32,000 nucleotides of DNA from Xylella taiwanensis (GCF_013177435.1 NZ_CP053627.1:1290001-1322000); one strand, 5' to 3'; shown: positions 10,480 through 21,526, counted from the first letter of the stretch. Numbers and translations: made by a program. Notes: generated by a model from the sequence alone, not told the origin.

Positions 10480-10591
10480 GGATGAGAGTGAGACCTGGTA
10501 AACATGGGCCAAGTTCCCAAAACTATGGGTGGGATATTAGGTGGCTTATGATTGTTTAACAAGATGAAATCCTTTCAGATAGTGATAATCA

Positions 10592-11494
10592 TCATGTTGT
10601 TATATTTTCAAGCTCTATCAAATTTTCCTCTTTGCAAGGGAACAATGAGGTAAGTTCCTTGTAAGAAAACCGGTATTCGTGTCCACAGAATTCACAATGT
10701 ACTTTGGCCGTGCCATTACCTTTGAGGGCGGCGCGCGCCTCATCTTCACCAAGTTCCTGCAGCATTACCGCGACTTTCCCGCGTGAACAGGAGCAACCAA
10801 AACGTAGTGGACGCTCCTCTAGCTGTTGAGGGGTTTCTTCGTGAAACAAACGATGTAACAGAGCTTGCCCGGAGAGTTCTAGTAATTCAGATACTTGCAG
10901 GGTGTTGAACAGGGTACAAATGTGTGGCCAGCTCTCCAAGTTGTCAGCATTACTAGGCAGTTTCTGCAACAACAATCCTGCAGCCCGCTTCCCGTCGGCT
11001 GCCAGTAACACCCGGGTTGGTAGTTGCTCAGAATGGCGGCAGTAGTTCTCGAATGCTTCAGTCAGATTGGCTGCATCCAGTGCGACGAGGCTTTGGTGAC
11101 GCTGTAGTTCACGTGGATCTAGTCCTGAATTTTCCACAGTGATTGCCAGCAGGGCATCGTTGCTTAATTCGCGTAGATTGGTTGGCGCATCGGCATGAGA
11201 TATGTCCTTAGCCATATGTACAGTGCCGCACAAGGTGCCGGATGCCGTGCATTCTGCGAACAACGTGCGCAGTGCTGTTTTGCTGTGCAACATCACCGAG
11301 AGGCGTCCGCTCACCTTGGTGTGATTGGCGAACAGTGCCGCTGCCACTACAGCCTCACCAAGCAGGCGGCGTGCAAATGGTGTGTAGTGGATTTTCCTCT
11401 GGATATTGCTCCAAGTTTCGTTAAGACTGACATGGATACCGCAGACTACGGCATTAGGTAACAGAAAGCGAGTCAGGTAGTCGTGATCGGTCAT
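10592..11494 (-). CDS. hslO: redox-regulated chaperone Hsp33
   Basis: This is a 300-aa ORF with the C-terminal zinc-centre signature CSCSRGKV...(n)...HCEFCGHEYRF (CxC...CxxC). Length and N-terminal region are typical of Hsp33. Confidence 0.85.
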   Translation of the reverse strand: MTDHDYLTRFLLPNAVVCGIHVSLNETWSNIQRKIHYTPFARRLLGEAVVAAALFANHTKVSGRLSVMLHSKTALRTLFAECTASGTLCGTVHMAKDISHADAPTNLRELSNDALLAITVENSGLDPRELQRHQSLVALDAANLTEAFENYCRHSEQLPTRVLLAADGKRAAGLLLQKLPSNADNLESWPHICTLFNTLQVSELLELSGQALLHRLFHEETPQQLEERPLRFGCSCSRGKVAVMLQELGEDEARAALKGNGTAKVHCEFCGHEYRFSYKELTSLFPCKEENLIELENITT

Positions 11495-11563
11495 GAGTAA
11501 GCGTAGAGAACGCCTGCTTGCGGAATAGAACAGGCTTAAGTGTTAAGTGGATGATGACGAACC

Positions 11564-12301
11564 ATGGTGCTGGATCAGCAGATTCAAATAGATACTAATG
11601 CCCATCAACGGTGGGCCTGGTGGCGTCGTCTGCTCATATTTTCGCTGGCGTTAGCGTTGATCAGCGTGCTGCAGGTGATTGTGCTTCGTTTTATCGATCC
11701 ACCGTGCAGTATGGCGATGGTTGGGCGCTACTTAGAGGCCTGGAGCGATGGGCAGTGGGGTTTTCGTGTGCATTACGTTTGGCGTGACTTGGATAGGATT
11801 GCACCGAGTGTACCAATTTCGCTGGTTGCTGCTGAGGACCAGCGATTCCCTTTCCACCACGGCTTCGACTTTGATGCAATCAAGAAGGTACTCGGCCATA
11901 ACTCACATGGTGGGCGTCTGCGTGGTGCCAGCACGATCAGCCAGCAGGTAGCAAAAAATCTGTTTCTTTGGCAAGGCCGCAGTTTGGTGCGTAAGGGGCT
12001 GGAAGGTTGGTACACACTACTTATCGAATTCTTGTGGCCCAAACGCCGTATTCTTGAGGTCTATGCCAACATTGCTGAGTTTGGCGATGGCGTGTATGGC
12101 GTGCAGGCCGCATCACGGCGTTACTGGAACAAAGACGCTACTAATCTGAGTACCAGCGATGCAGCCAAGCTGGCCGCAGTACTGCCTGCACCCCGGCGTT
12201 ATAATGTGCAGTCTCCTGGTCCTTATATACAGTGGCGAAGTTCATGGATTCAGCGTCAAGCACAACAGCTCGGTGGATCGGAATACCTTGAGATACCCTA
12301 G
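11564..12301 (+). CDS. mtgA: monofunctional peptidoglycan glycosyltransferase (GT51)
   Basis: This is a 245-aa ORF with an N-terminal TM anchor. It carries GT51 motifs: [42 protein letters not shown]. Confidence 0.9.
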   Translation: MVLDQQIQIDTNAHQRWAWWRRLLIFSLALALISVLQVIVLRFIDPPCSMAMVGRYLEAWSDGQWGFRVHYVWRDLDRIAPSVPISLVAAEDQRFPFHHGFDFDAIKKVLGHNSHGGRLRGASTISQQVAKNLFLWQGRSLVRKGLEGWYTLLIEFLWPKRRILEVYANIAEFGDGVYGVQAASRRYWNKDATNLSTSDAAKLAAVLPAPRRYNVQSPGPYIQWRSSWIQRQAQQLGGSEYLEIP

Positions 12302-13102
12302 AGTCTATTGGCATTCATCCTCTATATGTTTAGACGATGTGTAGTCATTCCAATTCAAGCCATTTCAGTTCGGTTACTACACATCAACTGCGCTCAATGG
12401 AAATCTATCTTTATATTTTGTCTTTCAGACAAAACGATCCATACCATAGGCCGCAGCGTTTCATTCATCTGTCATTCCCGATGAGCTATCCATTGAACTA
12501 TTGCTCCGTCCTCAGGGATGACGGATGGGCACGTTCGGTGATTGGAGGTGCTTTGATCAACGAGTAAATCGTTGTATTGGCTTTGCCAGGTTGCGCATTT
12601 GGCTGTGTGCAAGCATCGTAATACGTCAAGGCTCAAGCTGACCTATGCCCTCCAAGCGGTTAACGCTAGCATTGATATTGAGACATATCACAATATCTAT
12701 GATTCCATCCTAATAGACGAAGCAATCTGACTGCTTTTTGCTTCGTACCAAACTTGGCCCATTACCTGGAATATGCAGGGGTGTTAGCGTGACTGCTGAA
12801 GTTGGAGGCAAAAGAGAGAGAAGCAATCGAGTCGGTAATCCATGCAGATGGATGATTGATCTCCGGAAACCACAGGGAGCAACAAATTGGCGATTCCTTA
12901 ATCAATCCAACCTGTGATGGAAAGCCTGACGACAACCAAGACATTGCGATCTGATATCTGATAGAAAGTTCGCCAATTTAAGAAGGCTTATCAAGCACAT
13001 GCCTCACGCACAGCAGAGCTGAAAGCGTCTTGCTATTCATCGGCGGCAGACTGAATCCAGCTACGATCATCTGATTCAAACCAAACCACCTCCGAGACAC
13101 TC

Positions 13103-15754
13103 GTGACCGTTCAGACTGCGGAAGGACGTTTCTTGCAAAGCATTGACATTAAAGAAAAGCCCGAAGGTGGGAAGGGTATAGCAGAACATACCCCACTGAT
13201 GAAGCAATACTTCGCTGCCAAGGCTGAGTACCCAGACCTACTCCTGTTCTTCCGCATGGGGGATTTTTACGAGCTATTCCATGAAGATGCCCGCAAGGCA
13301 GCACGGTTGCTTGACATCACGTTGACTCAGCGGGGTAGTTCCGGTGGTGCGCCGATCCCAATGGCAGGCGTGCCTGTCCATGCTTATGAAGGTTATTTGG
13401 CACGGCTCATTGCGCTTGGTGAATCGGTCGCGATCTGCGAACAAATCGGCGACCCAGCGCTTGCTAAAGGTTTGGTTGAACGTAAAGTGGTACGTATCGT
13501 CACTCCAGGTACGATCACTGACGAGGCGTTACTGGACGAACGTCGCGACACGCTGTTGATGGCCTTGTCACGCAGTAAAAGCGGTTATGGTCTTGCTTGG
13601 GCCGACCTGGCTGGTGGCCGTTTCCTGGTGAATGAGATCGATAGCGAGGACGCATTAGAAGCCGAGCTCGCACGCCTGGAACCAGCTGAGCTGTTGCTCC
13701 CCGACGAGGATGCCTGGCCAGAGTGTCTGCAACAGCGCATCGGCGTACGTCGCCGTCCTCCCTGGTTGTTTGATGCTGACAGTGGTCGCCGTAAACTGCT
13801 GGCGTTCTTCAAACTGCACGATTTATCCGGCTTCGGCATTGAAAACAATCCACGCGCCATTGCTGCGGCTGGTGCACTCCTTGGCTACATTGAGGAGACA
13901 CAGAAACAGCGCTTGCCGCATCTTACTTCAATCACGATGGAGACTGTCGGCGAAGCGATTACGATGAACGCCGCCACACGCCGCCATTTGGAGCTGGACA
14001 CACGTGTGGATGGAGATAGCCGCCACACACTGCTTGGGGTGCTAGACAGTACGGTGACGCCGATGGGGGGACGGTTGCTGCGGCGGTGGCTGCATCGACC
14101 GCTGCGGCTGCGCGAAGTTGTGAGACAACGTCATGCTGCCGTCGGGACAATGATGGACTGCGGTACCGATAGCAAATTCCGGGAGATTTTCCGCAGGCTT
14201 GGTGACATGGAGCGGATCTTGACCCGTGTGGCACTGCGCTCAGCACGTCCACGTGACATCTCCACACTACGGGATAGTCTCAGCCTCTTGCCGCGCCTGC
14301 GTGAGCTTCTCGATGCATTGGATTCCCCGCGCCTGCACATGCTGTACGCTGAGCTGGGCGAGCATGACAACACCGCGTATCTATTGGCAGAAGCCATTGC
14401 AGAACAGCCACCGTTGAAGCTGTCCGATGGCGGTGTGATCGCCCCAGGATACGACGTCGAATTGGACGAACTGCGTAAGCTATCGACCAATGCTGACCAG
14501 TTTTTGATCGATCTAGAGGTGCGCGAGCGCGAATCCAGCGGCATCCCCACGCTGAAGGTTGGTTACAACCGTGTGCATGGTTACTACATCGAGATCAGTA
14601 AGGGCCAAGCCGATAAGGCACCGGTTTATTACACCAGGCGTCAGACACTGACTAACGCCGAGCGTTACATCACAGAGGAACTTAAGGCCTTCGAAGACAA
14701 AGTATTATCCGCACGCGACCGTGCCCTGGTGCGGGAGAAATTGCTGTACGAACAGTTGCTGGACACCATTGGCGCGCAATTGGATCCTCTTAAGCGCTGC
14801 GCCGCTGCGCTGTCCGAACTGGATGTGCTGGCCTGCTTTGCCGAGCGTGCAGAGGCATTGGATTGGGTGCGTCCGGAACTGGAACACGCCCCGTGCCTGC
14901 ATATTGAACGTGGCCGTCACCCGGTCGTGGAAGCGGTGCGCGAACAGCCATTCGAGCCCAACGATCTCGATTTGCACCCTGAGCGCCGTATGTTGGTGAT
15001 CACCGGCCCCAATATGGGTGGCAAGTCAACTTACATGCGCCAGAATGCCCTGATTGTCCTGCTTGCTTATATCGGCAGCTACGTCCCGGCCAGCCGTGCG
15101 CTGATTGGGCCGATTGATCGCATCATGACCCGTATCGGTGCCGGTGATGACCTCGCCCGAGGTCAGTCAACATTTATGCTCGAGATGACTGAGACCAGCT
15201 ATATCCTGCACCATGCGACTGCGCAGTCGTTGGTGCTGATGGATGAAATTGGTCGGGGGACCTCGACCTACGATGGCTTGGCGTTGGCGGATGCAGTAGC
15301 ACGCCACTTGGCCCATATCAACCGCTGTTATACGCTGTTCGCCACGCATTACTTCGAACTGACTACACTTGCCGACGAAACGTATGAGGGAGGTTTGAGT
15401 GGTATCGCCAACGTGCATTTGGATGCAGTCGAGCACAGTGAGCGATTGGTGTTCATGCATACGGTCAAGGATGGCCCGGCCAATCGCAGTTTTGGTCTGC
15501 AGGTGGCTGCTTTGGCTGGTCTCCCCGCTGCGACCGTCGCGCAGGCGCGGCAGCGTTTAGCTGAATTGGAGCAGCGTGGGCGCGAAAGTCATGTGTCGGA
15601 AATAACACCGCGAGCATTGGATGCACCGCAGCAGCGGAGTCTATTCGCGTCGGCACCCTCAGCTGCCCAGGAAGCACTGGCTGCATTGGAACCTGATGAA
15701 TTGACGCCAAAACAAGCACTGGAAGCGCTTTACCGGCTCAAAGCGCTGTTATAG
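13103..15754 (+). CDS. mutS: DNA mismatch repair protein MutS
   Basis: This is an 883-aa ORF with a GTG start. It shows [26 protein letters not shown] at the N-terminus, the Walker A motif [13 protein letters not shown], and [18 protein letters not shown]. Confidence 0.95.
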   Translation: MTVQTAEGRFLQSIDIKEKPEGGKGIAEHTPLMKQYFAAKAEYPDLLLFFRMGDFYELFHEDARKAARLLDITLTQRGSSGGAPIPMAGVPVHAYEGYLARLIALGESVAICEQIGDPALAKGLVERKVVRIVTPGTITDEALLDERRDTLLMALSRSKSGYGLAWADLAGGRFLVNEIDSEDALEAELARLEPAELLLPDEDAWPECLQQRIGVRRRPPWLFDADSGRRKLLAFFKLHDLSGFGIENNPRAIAAAGALLGYIEETQKQRLPHLTSITMETVGEAITMNAATRRHLELDTRVDGDSRHTLLGVLDSTVTPMGGRLLRRWLHRPLRLREVVRQRHAAVGTMMDCGTDSKFREIFRRLGDMERILTRVALRSARPRDISTLRDSLSLLPRLRELLDALDSPRLHMLYAELGEHDNTAYLLAEAIAEQPPLKLSDGGVIAPGYDVELDELRKLSTNADQFLIDLEVRERESSGIPTLKVGYNRVHGYYIEISKGQADKAPVYYTRRQTLTNAERYITEELKAFEDKVLSARDRALVREKLLYEQLLDTIGAQLDPLKRCAAALSELDVLACFAERAEALDWVRPELEHAPCLHIERGRHPVVEAVREQPFEPNDLDLHPERRMLVITGPNMGGKSTYMRQNALIVLLAYIGSYVPASRALIGPIDRIMTRIGAGDDLARGQSTFMLEMTETSYILHHATAQSLVLMDEIGRGTSTYDGLALADAVARHLAHINRCYTLFATHYFELTTLADETYEGGLSGIANVHLDAVEHSERLVFMHTVKDGPANRSFGLQVAALAGLPAATVAQARQRLAELEQRGRESHVSEITPRALDAPQQRSLFASAPSAAQEALAALEPDELTPKQALEALYRLKALL

Positions 15755-15800
15755 CAACACCATTGTTTCAGGGGAGTGAGGTTGCGAGGCTCATCGCCGA

Positions 15801-16571
15801 TCATTGAAATATGGGTTGATCTACACCAACATGGCGCAAGTGAAGATCGGGCGGGGTAGGGGCGCTGTAGATCGCCTGTCCCACACGCACTACCGTTGCG
15901 CCTTCTTCAATAGCAGTTTCGAAGTCCCCAGACATGCCCATGGACAGTTCGGTTACTTGATGGCCGTGGGACAACGCTTGTTGGATGCGATCTTGCAGGG
16001 TGCGTAACTGCGTAAAGCATTGCCGCACCCGCGAGGTTTCGCAAGAGAGCAGTGCCAACGTCATCAAACCGCGTACCCGAAGCGCTGGGTACGCGGACAG
16101 TGCATGCACGAAACGGATAACCTCTTCGGGAGGTAATCCGTATTTGTTTGCTTCGCCGGAAGTATTGACTTGAACGAACACGTCAAGGCCACGCCCCTCT
16201 ATCTGAAGGCGCCGTTCCAACGTTTCAGCAACACGCAGACTATCGAGTGCTTGGAATTCCGAGGCAAACCGTGCAACCAATTTGGCTTTATTGGTCTGCA
16301 GGTGCCCAATCACCGACCAGTGCAGATCAGTGAGATCGGCCATAGCTTCCCATTTGCGGTAAGCATTTTGAACATGGTTCTCGGCCAGCTTCCTGCATCC
16401 AGCCTCGTAGGATAATCGGATATGTATTTCATCGGCGCTTTTACTGACGGGTAACAGCCTCACGCTGCTGGGATCGCGGCCAACACGCTGGCAAGCAGAA
16501 ACGATACGGCCATACACCTTGTTCAGATTGTGGCGGATATCATCCACAGTCAATCTTTGCGAGCCACGCAT
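15801..16571 (-). CDS. yggS: YggS-family pyridoxal-phosphate homeostasis protein
   Basis: The ORF is 15801-16634. The internal start MRGSQRL at 16571 gives the usual length. Motifs seen: LLPVSKS, GHLQTNKAK, LSMGMSGDFETAIEEGATVVRVG. Confidence 0.8.
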   Translation of the reverse strand: MRGSQRLTVDDIRHNLNKVYGRIVSACQRVGRDPSSVRLLPVSKSADEIHIRLSYEAGCRKLAENHVQNAYRKWEAMADLTDLHWSVIGHLQTNKAKLVARFASEFQALDSLRVAETLERRLQIEGRGLDVFVQVNTSGEANKYGLPPEEVIRFVHALSAYPALRVRGLMTLALLSCETSRVRQCFTQLRTLQDRIQQALSHGHQVTELSMGMSGDFETAIEEGATVVRVGQAIYSAPTPPDLHLRHVGVDQPIFQ

Positions 16572-16968
16572 CGGATCGACAGCATCCTTGAGAGATAAGA
16601 CAGTCACTTCAGTTCCCCATTTACAGAACGTCACCGGGATAGTGTGTGTTGATTAACTTGGTCAGGCTATCTAAACCCCGGAAAGCGCTTGCTGCTCGAC
16701 TGAGTTTTGTGTGTCAATCTCAATACCCTTGGATGATTTGGTAGGGTGGATAACATCTATCTCTCTAACTCTAATGATGGCGCCACGTGTTCGATCGCGT
16801 ACTTTATAAGCATATTTGGGGATGGTATATGGACCATCTACAATGTTCTATGGGTTTGTAGCAGAGGGAAACTCTCGTATATCCCCAAATACTGAACCGA
16901 CATAAGGAGCGAGTACGCTTTCGCTGGATTGGAGGGAATAAGTCTATCTGCGGATATACCGCAAAGGC

Positions 16969-16996
16969 TTGGCAAATCCGAAATGTGGTCTACAAT
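16969..16996 (+). promoter_or_regulatory. candidate sigma70 promoter for tRNA-Gly
   Basis: TTGGCA (16969-16974), a 16-nt spacer, then TACAAT (16991-16996), ending 15 nt before the tRNA 5' end. Confidence 0.4.
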
Positions 16997-17011
16997 GGCT
17001 GGCGTAAATGT

Positions 17012-17087
17012 GCGGGAATAGCTCAGTTGGTAGAGCGCAACCTTGCCAAGGTTGAGGTCGCGAGTTCGAGCCTCGTTTCCCGCTCCA
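17012..17087 (+). tRNA. tRNA-Gly (anticodon GCC)
   Basis: Hand fold: acceptor GCGGGAA/TTCCCGC, D arm GCTC-AGTTGGTA-GAGC, anticodon stem CAACC/GGTTG with loop TTGCCAA, T arm GCGAG-TTCGAGC-CTCGT, CCA encoded. Confidence 0.9.
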
Positions 17088-17232
17088 GCTTGTTTTCTGC
17101 AAGTCAGCGTTTGTAAGTTGTTGCGTAAAGCTTCAAAAGCGACAACTTCGTTGTCCTGGCAATGCTTCAGAGGTTTGTGTGCGGCCCATGTGCCCCCTTG
17201 TAGCAGACGACGCACTGTAGCAAAAGCGATCA

Positions 17233-17562
17233 TTGACCTTCATTGACCTAAAATCTCAACTTGGGTTTTTGGTAGATGGCGGCCCCTCCTTTCCCAGCAA
17301 CTTGCGACAGGAGATTGTTGGTGGCATTGCTGCATTACCAGAAGCCCTTTACGTCACAATCCTCCCCATATCTAGTCAAAGCGCAGGGGGGATGGGAATT
17401 ATATGCGATGGTAAGCGGATACCACTTCTCTACGAAAAAAAATGCAAAATTGCTCACGTGACAGCAACATTATTCTCCCTCGGGCCGTTCTTCAGAGCAC
17501 GTTATACAAAGTTAAATAATGGTGAATGTATTGTTGACCATCAGGAAAGCGAGTACAACTGA
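17233..17562 (+). CDS. hypothetical protein (109 aa), no recognisable family
   Basis: ORF-track entry only. It lies just downstream of tRNA-Gly in a region that also carries an IS relic. Coding status is unproven. Confidence 0.2.
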   Translation: MTFIDLKSQLGFLVDGGPSFPSNLRQEIVGGIAALPEALYVTILPISSQSAGGMGIICDGKRIPLLYEKKCKIAHVTATLFSLGPFFRARYTKLNNGECIVDHQESEYN

Positions 17563-17988
17563 ATACAGCCCTGCTCAGGTACTTGGCAAGTATTCGTCAT
17601 CACGGGCTAGCAAAGCTGTAGCGTGTCGATGACTTGCAGTTCCATCACTTTCTATCCTGCACAGTCTTTGCTAGCTCCTACATTGCAAGCCAGCTGCAAT
17701 CAGAGTGAAGCAGATAAAGGTGATGAATATGACATCGAGCTTCTTACATCTTGAGCAGATGCAATTGCGGCGCTTGCATATCTTGTACTCATATGTCCAA
17801 CCGCGTGTGTGCGGTGGCGATACGATCAAGTCAAGCACCACCTGGCTGGTTTGATGGCCTTCATAGCTGCGTTCCATCAGTCTGCACAAATTGAGCGACT
17901 GTGATCTTCATAAGCTCACTCTCGGGGGAAATCACTTCAGCACACTACGGTGTTAATAGCCCCTTGACATGGTTCTGGAGATTTACAC

Positions 17989-18112
17989 TTGATTGAGAAC
18001 ATTTTTGGCACGTTCCAAGGAGTTCAAGCGCATCGCCTTGTGCAGCAACAAGGTAAGCAATAGTTTATCGGCGCTCATCACTGTGGTTCATTTCAAGTGT
18101 TTAGGCGCTTAT
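17989..18112 (+). mobile_element. relic of the 3' end of an IS5/IS4-superfamily DDE transposase gene
   Basis: Two adjacent frames read LIENIFG then (T)FKEFKRIALCSNKVSNSLSALITVVHF. This matches the conserved C-terminal xIENxFxxLKxFRRIATRYDK...F...I block of these transposases, interrupted by a frameshift. Weaker similarity (YDIELL..., RYDQVKHHL) may extend back to about 17735. Confidence 0.5.
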
Positions 18113-18267
18113 AGCTGGGGAGCATCGATTTTGTTTGCTGCCCGGACTTGTGAAGGGGAATCAACAGGATTTTGCAAGCAAGAATATATTACCCTGTGGT
18201 TTCCAGGTTGTTTGAGCCCTGTCGGCAGCATCTCGCATAATGGCAACTCCGTGGTTGGGAATTTGAT

Positions 18268-19221
18268 GTGGACGAGCGCGTATTGCTGGCTTGCTTGGCG
18301 TGTGATTACGTCTCTGGCGATGTTTTGGCGAGCATGACTGGAATGACCAAAGCTGCGGTTGTGAAGCGCATCCAAGCACTTCGCGCCGCCGGCATTCCGA
18401 TACAGTTACATACAAAGCGGGGTTATGCTTTAGCTGCGCCGGTATCCCTACTTACAGCTGAGCGTATCCGTGCAGGCTTATCACCATCTCTCGCTGCTAA
18501 CTTGCGAGTCTTAGACGTGGCTTGGATTCTTGAATCGACGAATACGTCGTTGTTGGCGCGTCCGGCTCTGGTGGATGGCGTGGAAGTGTTGCTGGCGGAA
18601 TGTCAGACGGGCGGCCGCGGCCAACGTGGCCGGACCTGGATTTCCCCATTGGCAGCAAATGTTTATTTGTCATTGTCACGGATGTTTCCTGGTAGCGTGG
18701 GGCAACTGGCTGGATTGAGCGTGGCGGTTGGTGTCGTAGTTGCTGAAGTGTTGATTACGGCTGGTTTCTCCCAAGTCCGGCTGAAATGGCCTAATGATCT
18801 CGTTGATAATGGGCGGAAGCTTGGTGGCATGTTAGTTGAGGGACAGGGGCCAGCGCGTGTGGTGATCGGGTTAGGGTTGAATGTGCGGATGCCAACAACT
18901 TTTGCTGAGCATATTGACCAACCTTGGGTCGATCTGGAGACTCTTGCGGGTGGTACGGTGGAGCGTAATGCATTGGTTGCACTATTGCTGTCGGCTTTAT
19001 TGCCTGCGTTGGATGTGTTTCAAATTGAGGGCTTGGCGCCGTTTCTGCCGCGTTATGCCAAGTTGGATTGTCTTGTTGGCTGTGCGGTTCGGATCCAAAA
19101 AGCTAATCTGAAATATGTTGGTATTGCGCGTGGCTTGGCCTCCGACGGCGCGCTCTTGGTGGAAATCGACGGTGTGTTGTGTCCTTTCTATGCCGGTGAA
19201 GTTTCGGTTAGGCCGAAATGA
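18268..19221 (+). CDS. birA: bifunctional biotin-[acetyl-CoA-carboxylase] ligase / biotin operon repressor
   Basis: This is a 317-aa ORF with a GTG start. It has an N-terminal winged-HTH (SGDVLASMTGMTKAAVVKRIQALRAAGIPI), the GRGQRGRTW biotin-ligase motif and KWPNDL. Confidence 0.9.
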   Translation: MDERVLLACLACDYVSGDVLASMTGMTKAAVVKRIQALRAAGIPIQLHTKRGYALAAPVSLLTAERIRAGLSPSLAANLRVLDVAWILESTNTSLLARPALVDGVEVLLAECQTGGRGQRGRTWISPLAANVYLSLSRMFPGSVGQLAGLSVAVGVVVAEVLITAGFSQVRLKWPNDLVDNGRKLGGMLVEGQGPARVVIGLGLNVRMPTTFAEHIDQPWVDLETLAGGTVERNALVALLLSALLPALDVFQIEGLAPFLPRYAKLDCLVGCAVRIQKANLKYVGIARGLASDGALLVEIDGVLCPFYAGEVSVRPK

Positions 19222-19943
19222 GTGACTGGCTATTCGATCTAGGTAATTCACGTTTCAAATGTGCGTCGCTACGGGACGGTGTTATTGGTCCTGTAAAGGT
19301 TTTGTCGCACTTAACCGAGACTATGGATACGTTTGCCTTGCAGGCTCTCCCGCGTGGTCGTGTGGCTTACTTGGCGAGTGTCGCGGCGCCGACTCTCACA
19401 AGGCATGTGCTTGAAGCGTTAAAGATGCGCTTTGAGCAAGTCCAGGTGGCCGCAACCGTCGCTGCATGTGCCGGAGTCAGGATCGCCTATGCTCAACCGG
19501 AACGCTTTGGCGTGGATAGATTCTTAGCGTTGCTTGGTTCGCATGGTGAAGGTGATGTACTGATAGTTGGTGTTGGAACAGCATTGACTATCGATTTATT
19601 GGCTGCCAACGGTGGTCACCTTGGAGGGCGTATCAGTGCTTCACCGACGTTGATGCGCGAGGCGTTGCATGCGCGTGCCGCGCTCCCCCTCAATGGTGGC
19701 CGCTATTTGGAGTTTGCTGAGGACACAGACGATGCACTTGTGTCGGGTTGCGACGGTGCAGCAGTGGCATTGATCGAACGAAGTTTGTATGAGGCACGTC
19801 AACGCCTGGACCAGTCGGTTCGATTATTGTTGCATGGTGGTGGTGTGCCATCTTTATTGCCTTGGTTCGGCGACGCGGCACATCGTCCTACATTGGTGCT
19901 GGATGGCCTAGCGATCTGGGCGGCCGTTGCGGCTAACGTTTAG
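19218..19943 (+). CDS. coaX: type III pantothenate kinase
   Basis: This is a 241-aa ORF starting MSDWLFDLGNSRFK (the DxGNS phosphate-1 motif), with GVDRF also present. There is a 4-nt ATGA overlap with the birA stop. Confidence 0.85.
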   Translation: MSDWLFDLGNSRFKCASLRDGVIGPVKVLSHLTETMDTFALQALPRGRVAYLASVAAPTLTRHVLEALKMRFEQVQVAATVAACAGVRIAYAQPERFGVDRFLALLGSHGEGDVLIVGVGTALTIDLLAANGGHLGGRISASPTLMREALHARAALPLNGGRYLEFAEDTDDALVSGCDGAAVALIERSLYEARQRLDQSVRLLLHGGGVPSLLPWFGDAAHRPTLVLDGLAIWAAVAANV

Positions 19944-19953
19944 AATCGTCTCT

Positions 19954-20580
19954 ATGCTCGTGCGTGCGCTCATTGTGGTTTTGGTTGTCCTCAATCTTGG
20001 CGTAGCACTCTGGTGGGGGAGCCAGCCGGCACCACAGGTGCCTGTTCCTGTGCCGACGTCATCGCCCGTTCACGTCGCCCGGCTTGAGTTGCTGCCGATG
20101 ATTCCAGTCGCAAAGCAGGTGCCCCCGAGTCCTGCCACACAGAAGGTATTGCCTCATTGTTATAGCGTTGGCTCATTTGCCAGCGAAACTGAAGCACGCG
20201 CGGCGCTGATTGCGCTGGGTCGTGACGTGGACACGGGTAGTATCCGAGCGCTCCCAAGTGGCGAATCAAGCAGCTATCGGGTGGTCATGTCAGCAAGTGA
20301 TCATGCCGCGGCACAGGTGCTCGCCAAGCGCATTGTGGGTGCTGGTTTTCACGACTATTATGTGCTCGGCAATGAAGTGGTCTTGGGTCGGTACCGCAAC
20401 CGTGAAGGTGCCAAACGATTGCGTACCGAACTTGCCGCTGCTGGTTTCCAGGCAAATTTGCTATCGGGTGACATGTCACGCTGGGAAATTCATTTGCGTA
20501 GTGCAATTCCGTTTGCCGCACTGCAGGTGCGATTGCGCGGGTATCGTCTTGGATCCCTGGACTGTGCCACGTTACGCTAG
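19954..20580 (+). CDS. SPOR-domain-like membrane protein
   Basis: The ORF is 19927-20580 with a likely start at MLVRALIVVLVVLNLG (19954). It has one N-terminal TM helix, a Pro-rich linker and a C-terminal ~150 aa with two SPOR-like beta-alpha-beta segments (YRVVMSASDHAAAQVLAKRIVGAGFHDYYVL; GRYRNREGAKRLRTELAAAGFQANL). The position after coaX is typical. Confidence 0.6.
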   Translation: MLVRALIVVLVVLNLGVALWWGSQPAPQVPVPVPTSSPVHVARLELLPMIPVAKQVPPSPATQKVLPHCYSVGSFASETEARAALIALGRDVDTGSIRALPSGESSSYRVVMSASDHAAAQVLAKRIVGAGFHDYYVLGNEVVLGRYRNREGAKRLRTELAAAGFQANLLSGDMSRWEIHLRSAIPFAALQVRLRGYRLGSLDCATLR

Positions 20581-20737
20581 AAGCGTATCGCATACGTCCG
20601 TTTGGTACTTTGATGTTGTTGTGTTGGTAAATGATCTTGCAATATAGAATGGCGGACTTTGGGGCATTGGTAAGGCAACTCTGAAGAGTTCGTGCTAGAT
20701 TGAATACGCGTTCAGTCAAGAAAAGTTATCAGAAATT

Positions 20738-20813
20738 GCCGCTTTAGCTCAGTTGGCAGAGCAACTGATTTGTAATCAGTAGGTCGTCCGTTCGAATCGG
20801 ACAAGCGGCACCA
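20738..20813 (+). tRNA. tRNA-Thr (anticodon TGT)
   Basis: Hand fold: acceptor GCCGCTT/AAGCGGC, D arm GCTC-AGTTGGCA-GAGC, anticodon stem ACTGA/TCAGT with loop TTTGTAA, T arm GTCCG-TTCGAAT-CGGAC, CCA encoded. Confidence 0.9.
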
Positions 20814-20923
20814 TATACATCAATGCTTTGCGATGATACTTGCGGTGTTTGTTTCTGTCGCCAGGAAAACTACCGGGAAAACTTTGGGTTCTGTGGAGGT
20901 TCCACGAGGGGCACTTCGTGGTC

Positions 20924-21526
20924 TTAGCGCTCGCGCATCTCTTCAGTACGATGGCCGCCTGACCGTTTATCCTCACTATCGGTAATACCTCGCGATGCTT
21001 GAAACCATGCAGCGAGAAACGTTCTTCTGCCGTGATTACACCTTACCCTGGATTGCCATGACAATCATCCGTTGTCATGCAGTGTCCAATGATGACTTGC
21101 TTAACCGTCCGCCGAACTGGTTGACGAATAGAAAGCGATCTTCAGCCCGTAGTGGTGTGGCGTGTTTGTTAGAGGACCAACGAGAAGTCCGATACTCAAC
21201 AAGCCAATCCCACGCCGAGCGCAATTCAGCATTCCAACGGGTGATGTTGTCACAACTACCTTTCCGACGTTTTGATAGGACACCGTGCGGTTTATGATGA
21301 GCGTAGATCAGTGTGCACACCTTTAGGCTTCGCAGGCGCAAGCCATAAGCTGATGAAATTTATCAAACACGTCACCAAGTGTTCCTCGAATGACTCCTGT
21401 CTGTTGCTGTTCAATGATGGTGTGCAGGTCATGTAAGTACGTCTCACGGCTTGCCACCGTTCGTTTCTGGTGCTGTCCGCGCTCTACGGTGAGATATGAG
21501 GCGTATACCAGCATCCATCCTCCCAA
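20924..21526 (-). pseudogene. tyrosine recombinase (phage integrase) pseudogene, multiple frameshifts
   Basis: Minus-strand pieces lie in three frames. They are ...TLGDVFDKF... (ORF 21323-21526), ...RAEDRFLFVNQFGGRLSKSSLDTA (ORF 21075-21341), and my own translation GVITAEERFSLHGFKHRGITDSEDKRSGGHRTEEMRER*. This last piece holds the HxxR and GH...M box-II region. The remnant lies directly next to the tRNA-Thr 3' end. Confidence 0.7.

Noticed and set aside
13344-15719. ORFs of 63-139 aa nested in or antisense to mutS
   Set aside because: MutS motifs run uninterrupted in the 883-aa frame, and the nested ORFs have no recognisable features.
20738-20813. Initial reading of this tRNA's anticodon as GTA (Tyr)
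   Set aside because: Re-registering the 5-bp anticodon stem (ACTGA/TCAGT) gives the 7-nt loop TTTGTAA with anticodon TGT. The short variable arm also excludes a class II tRNA-Tyr.
20995-21297. 100-aa + strand ORF opposite integrase pseudogene 1
   Set aside because: The minus strand carries recognisable integrase blocks in this interval, and the + strand product has none.
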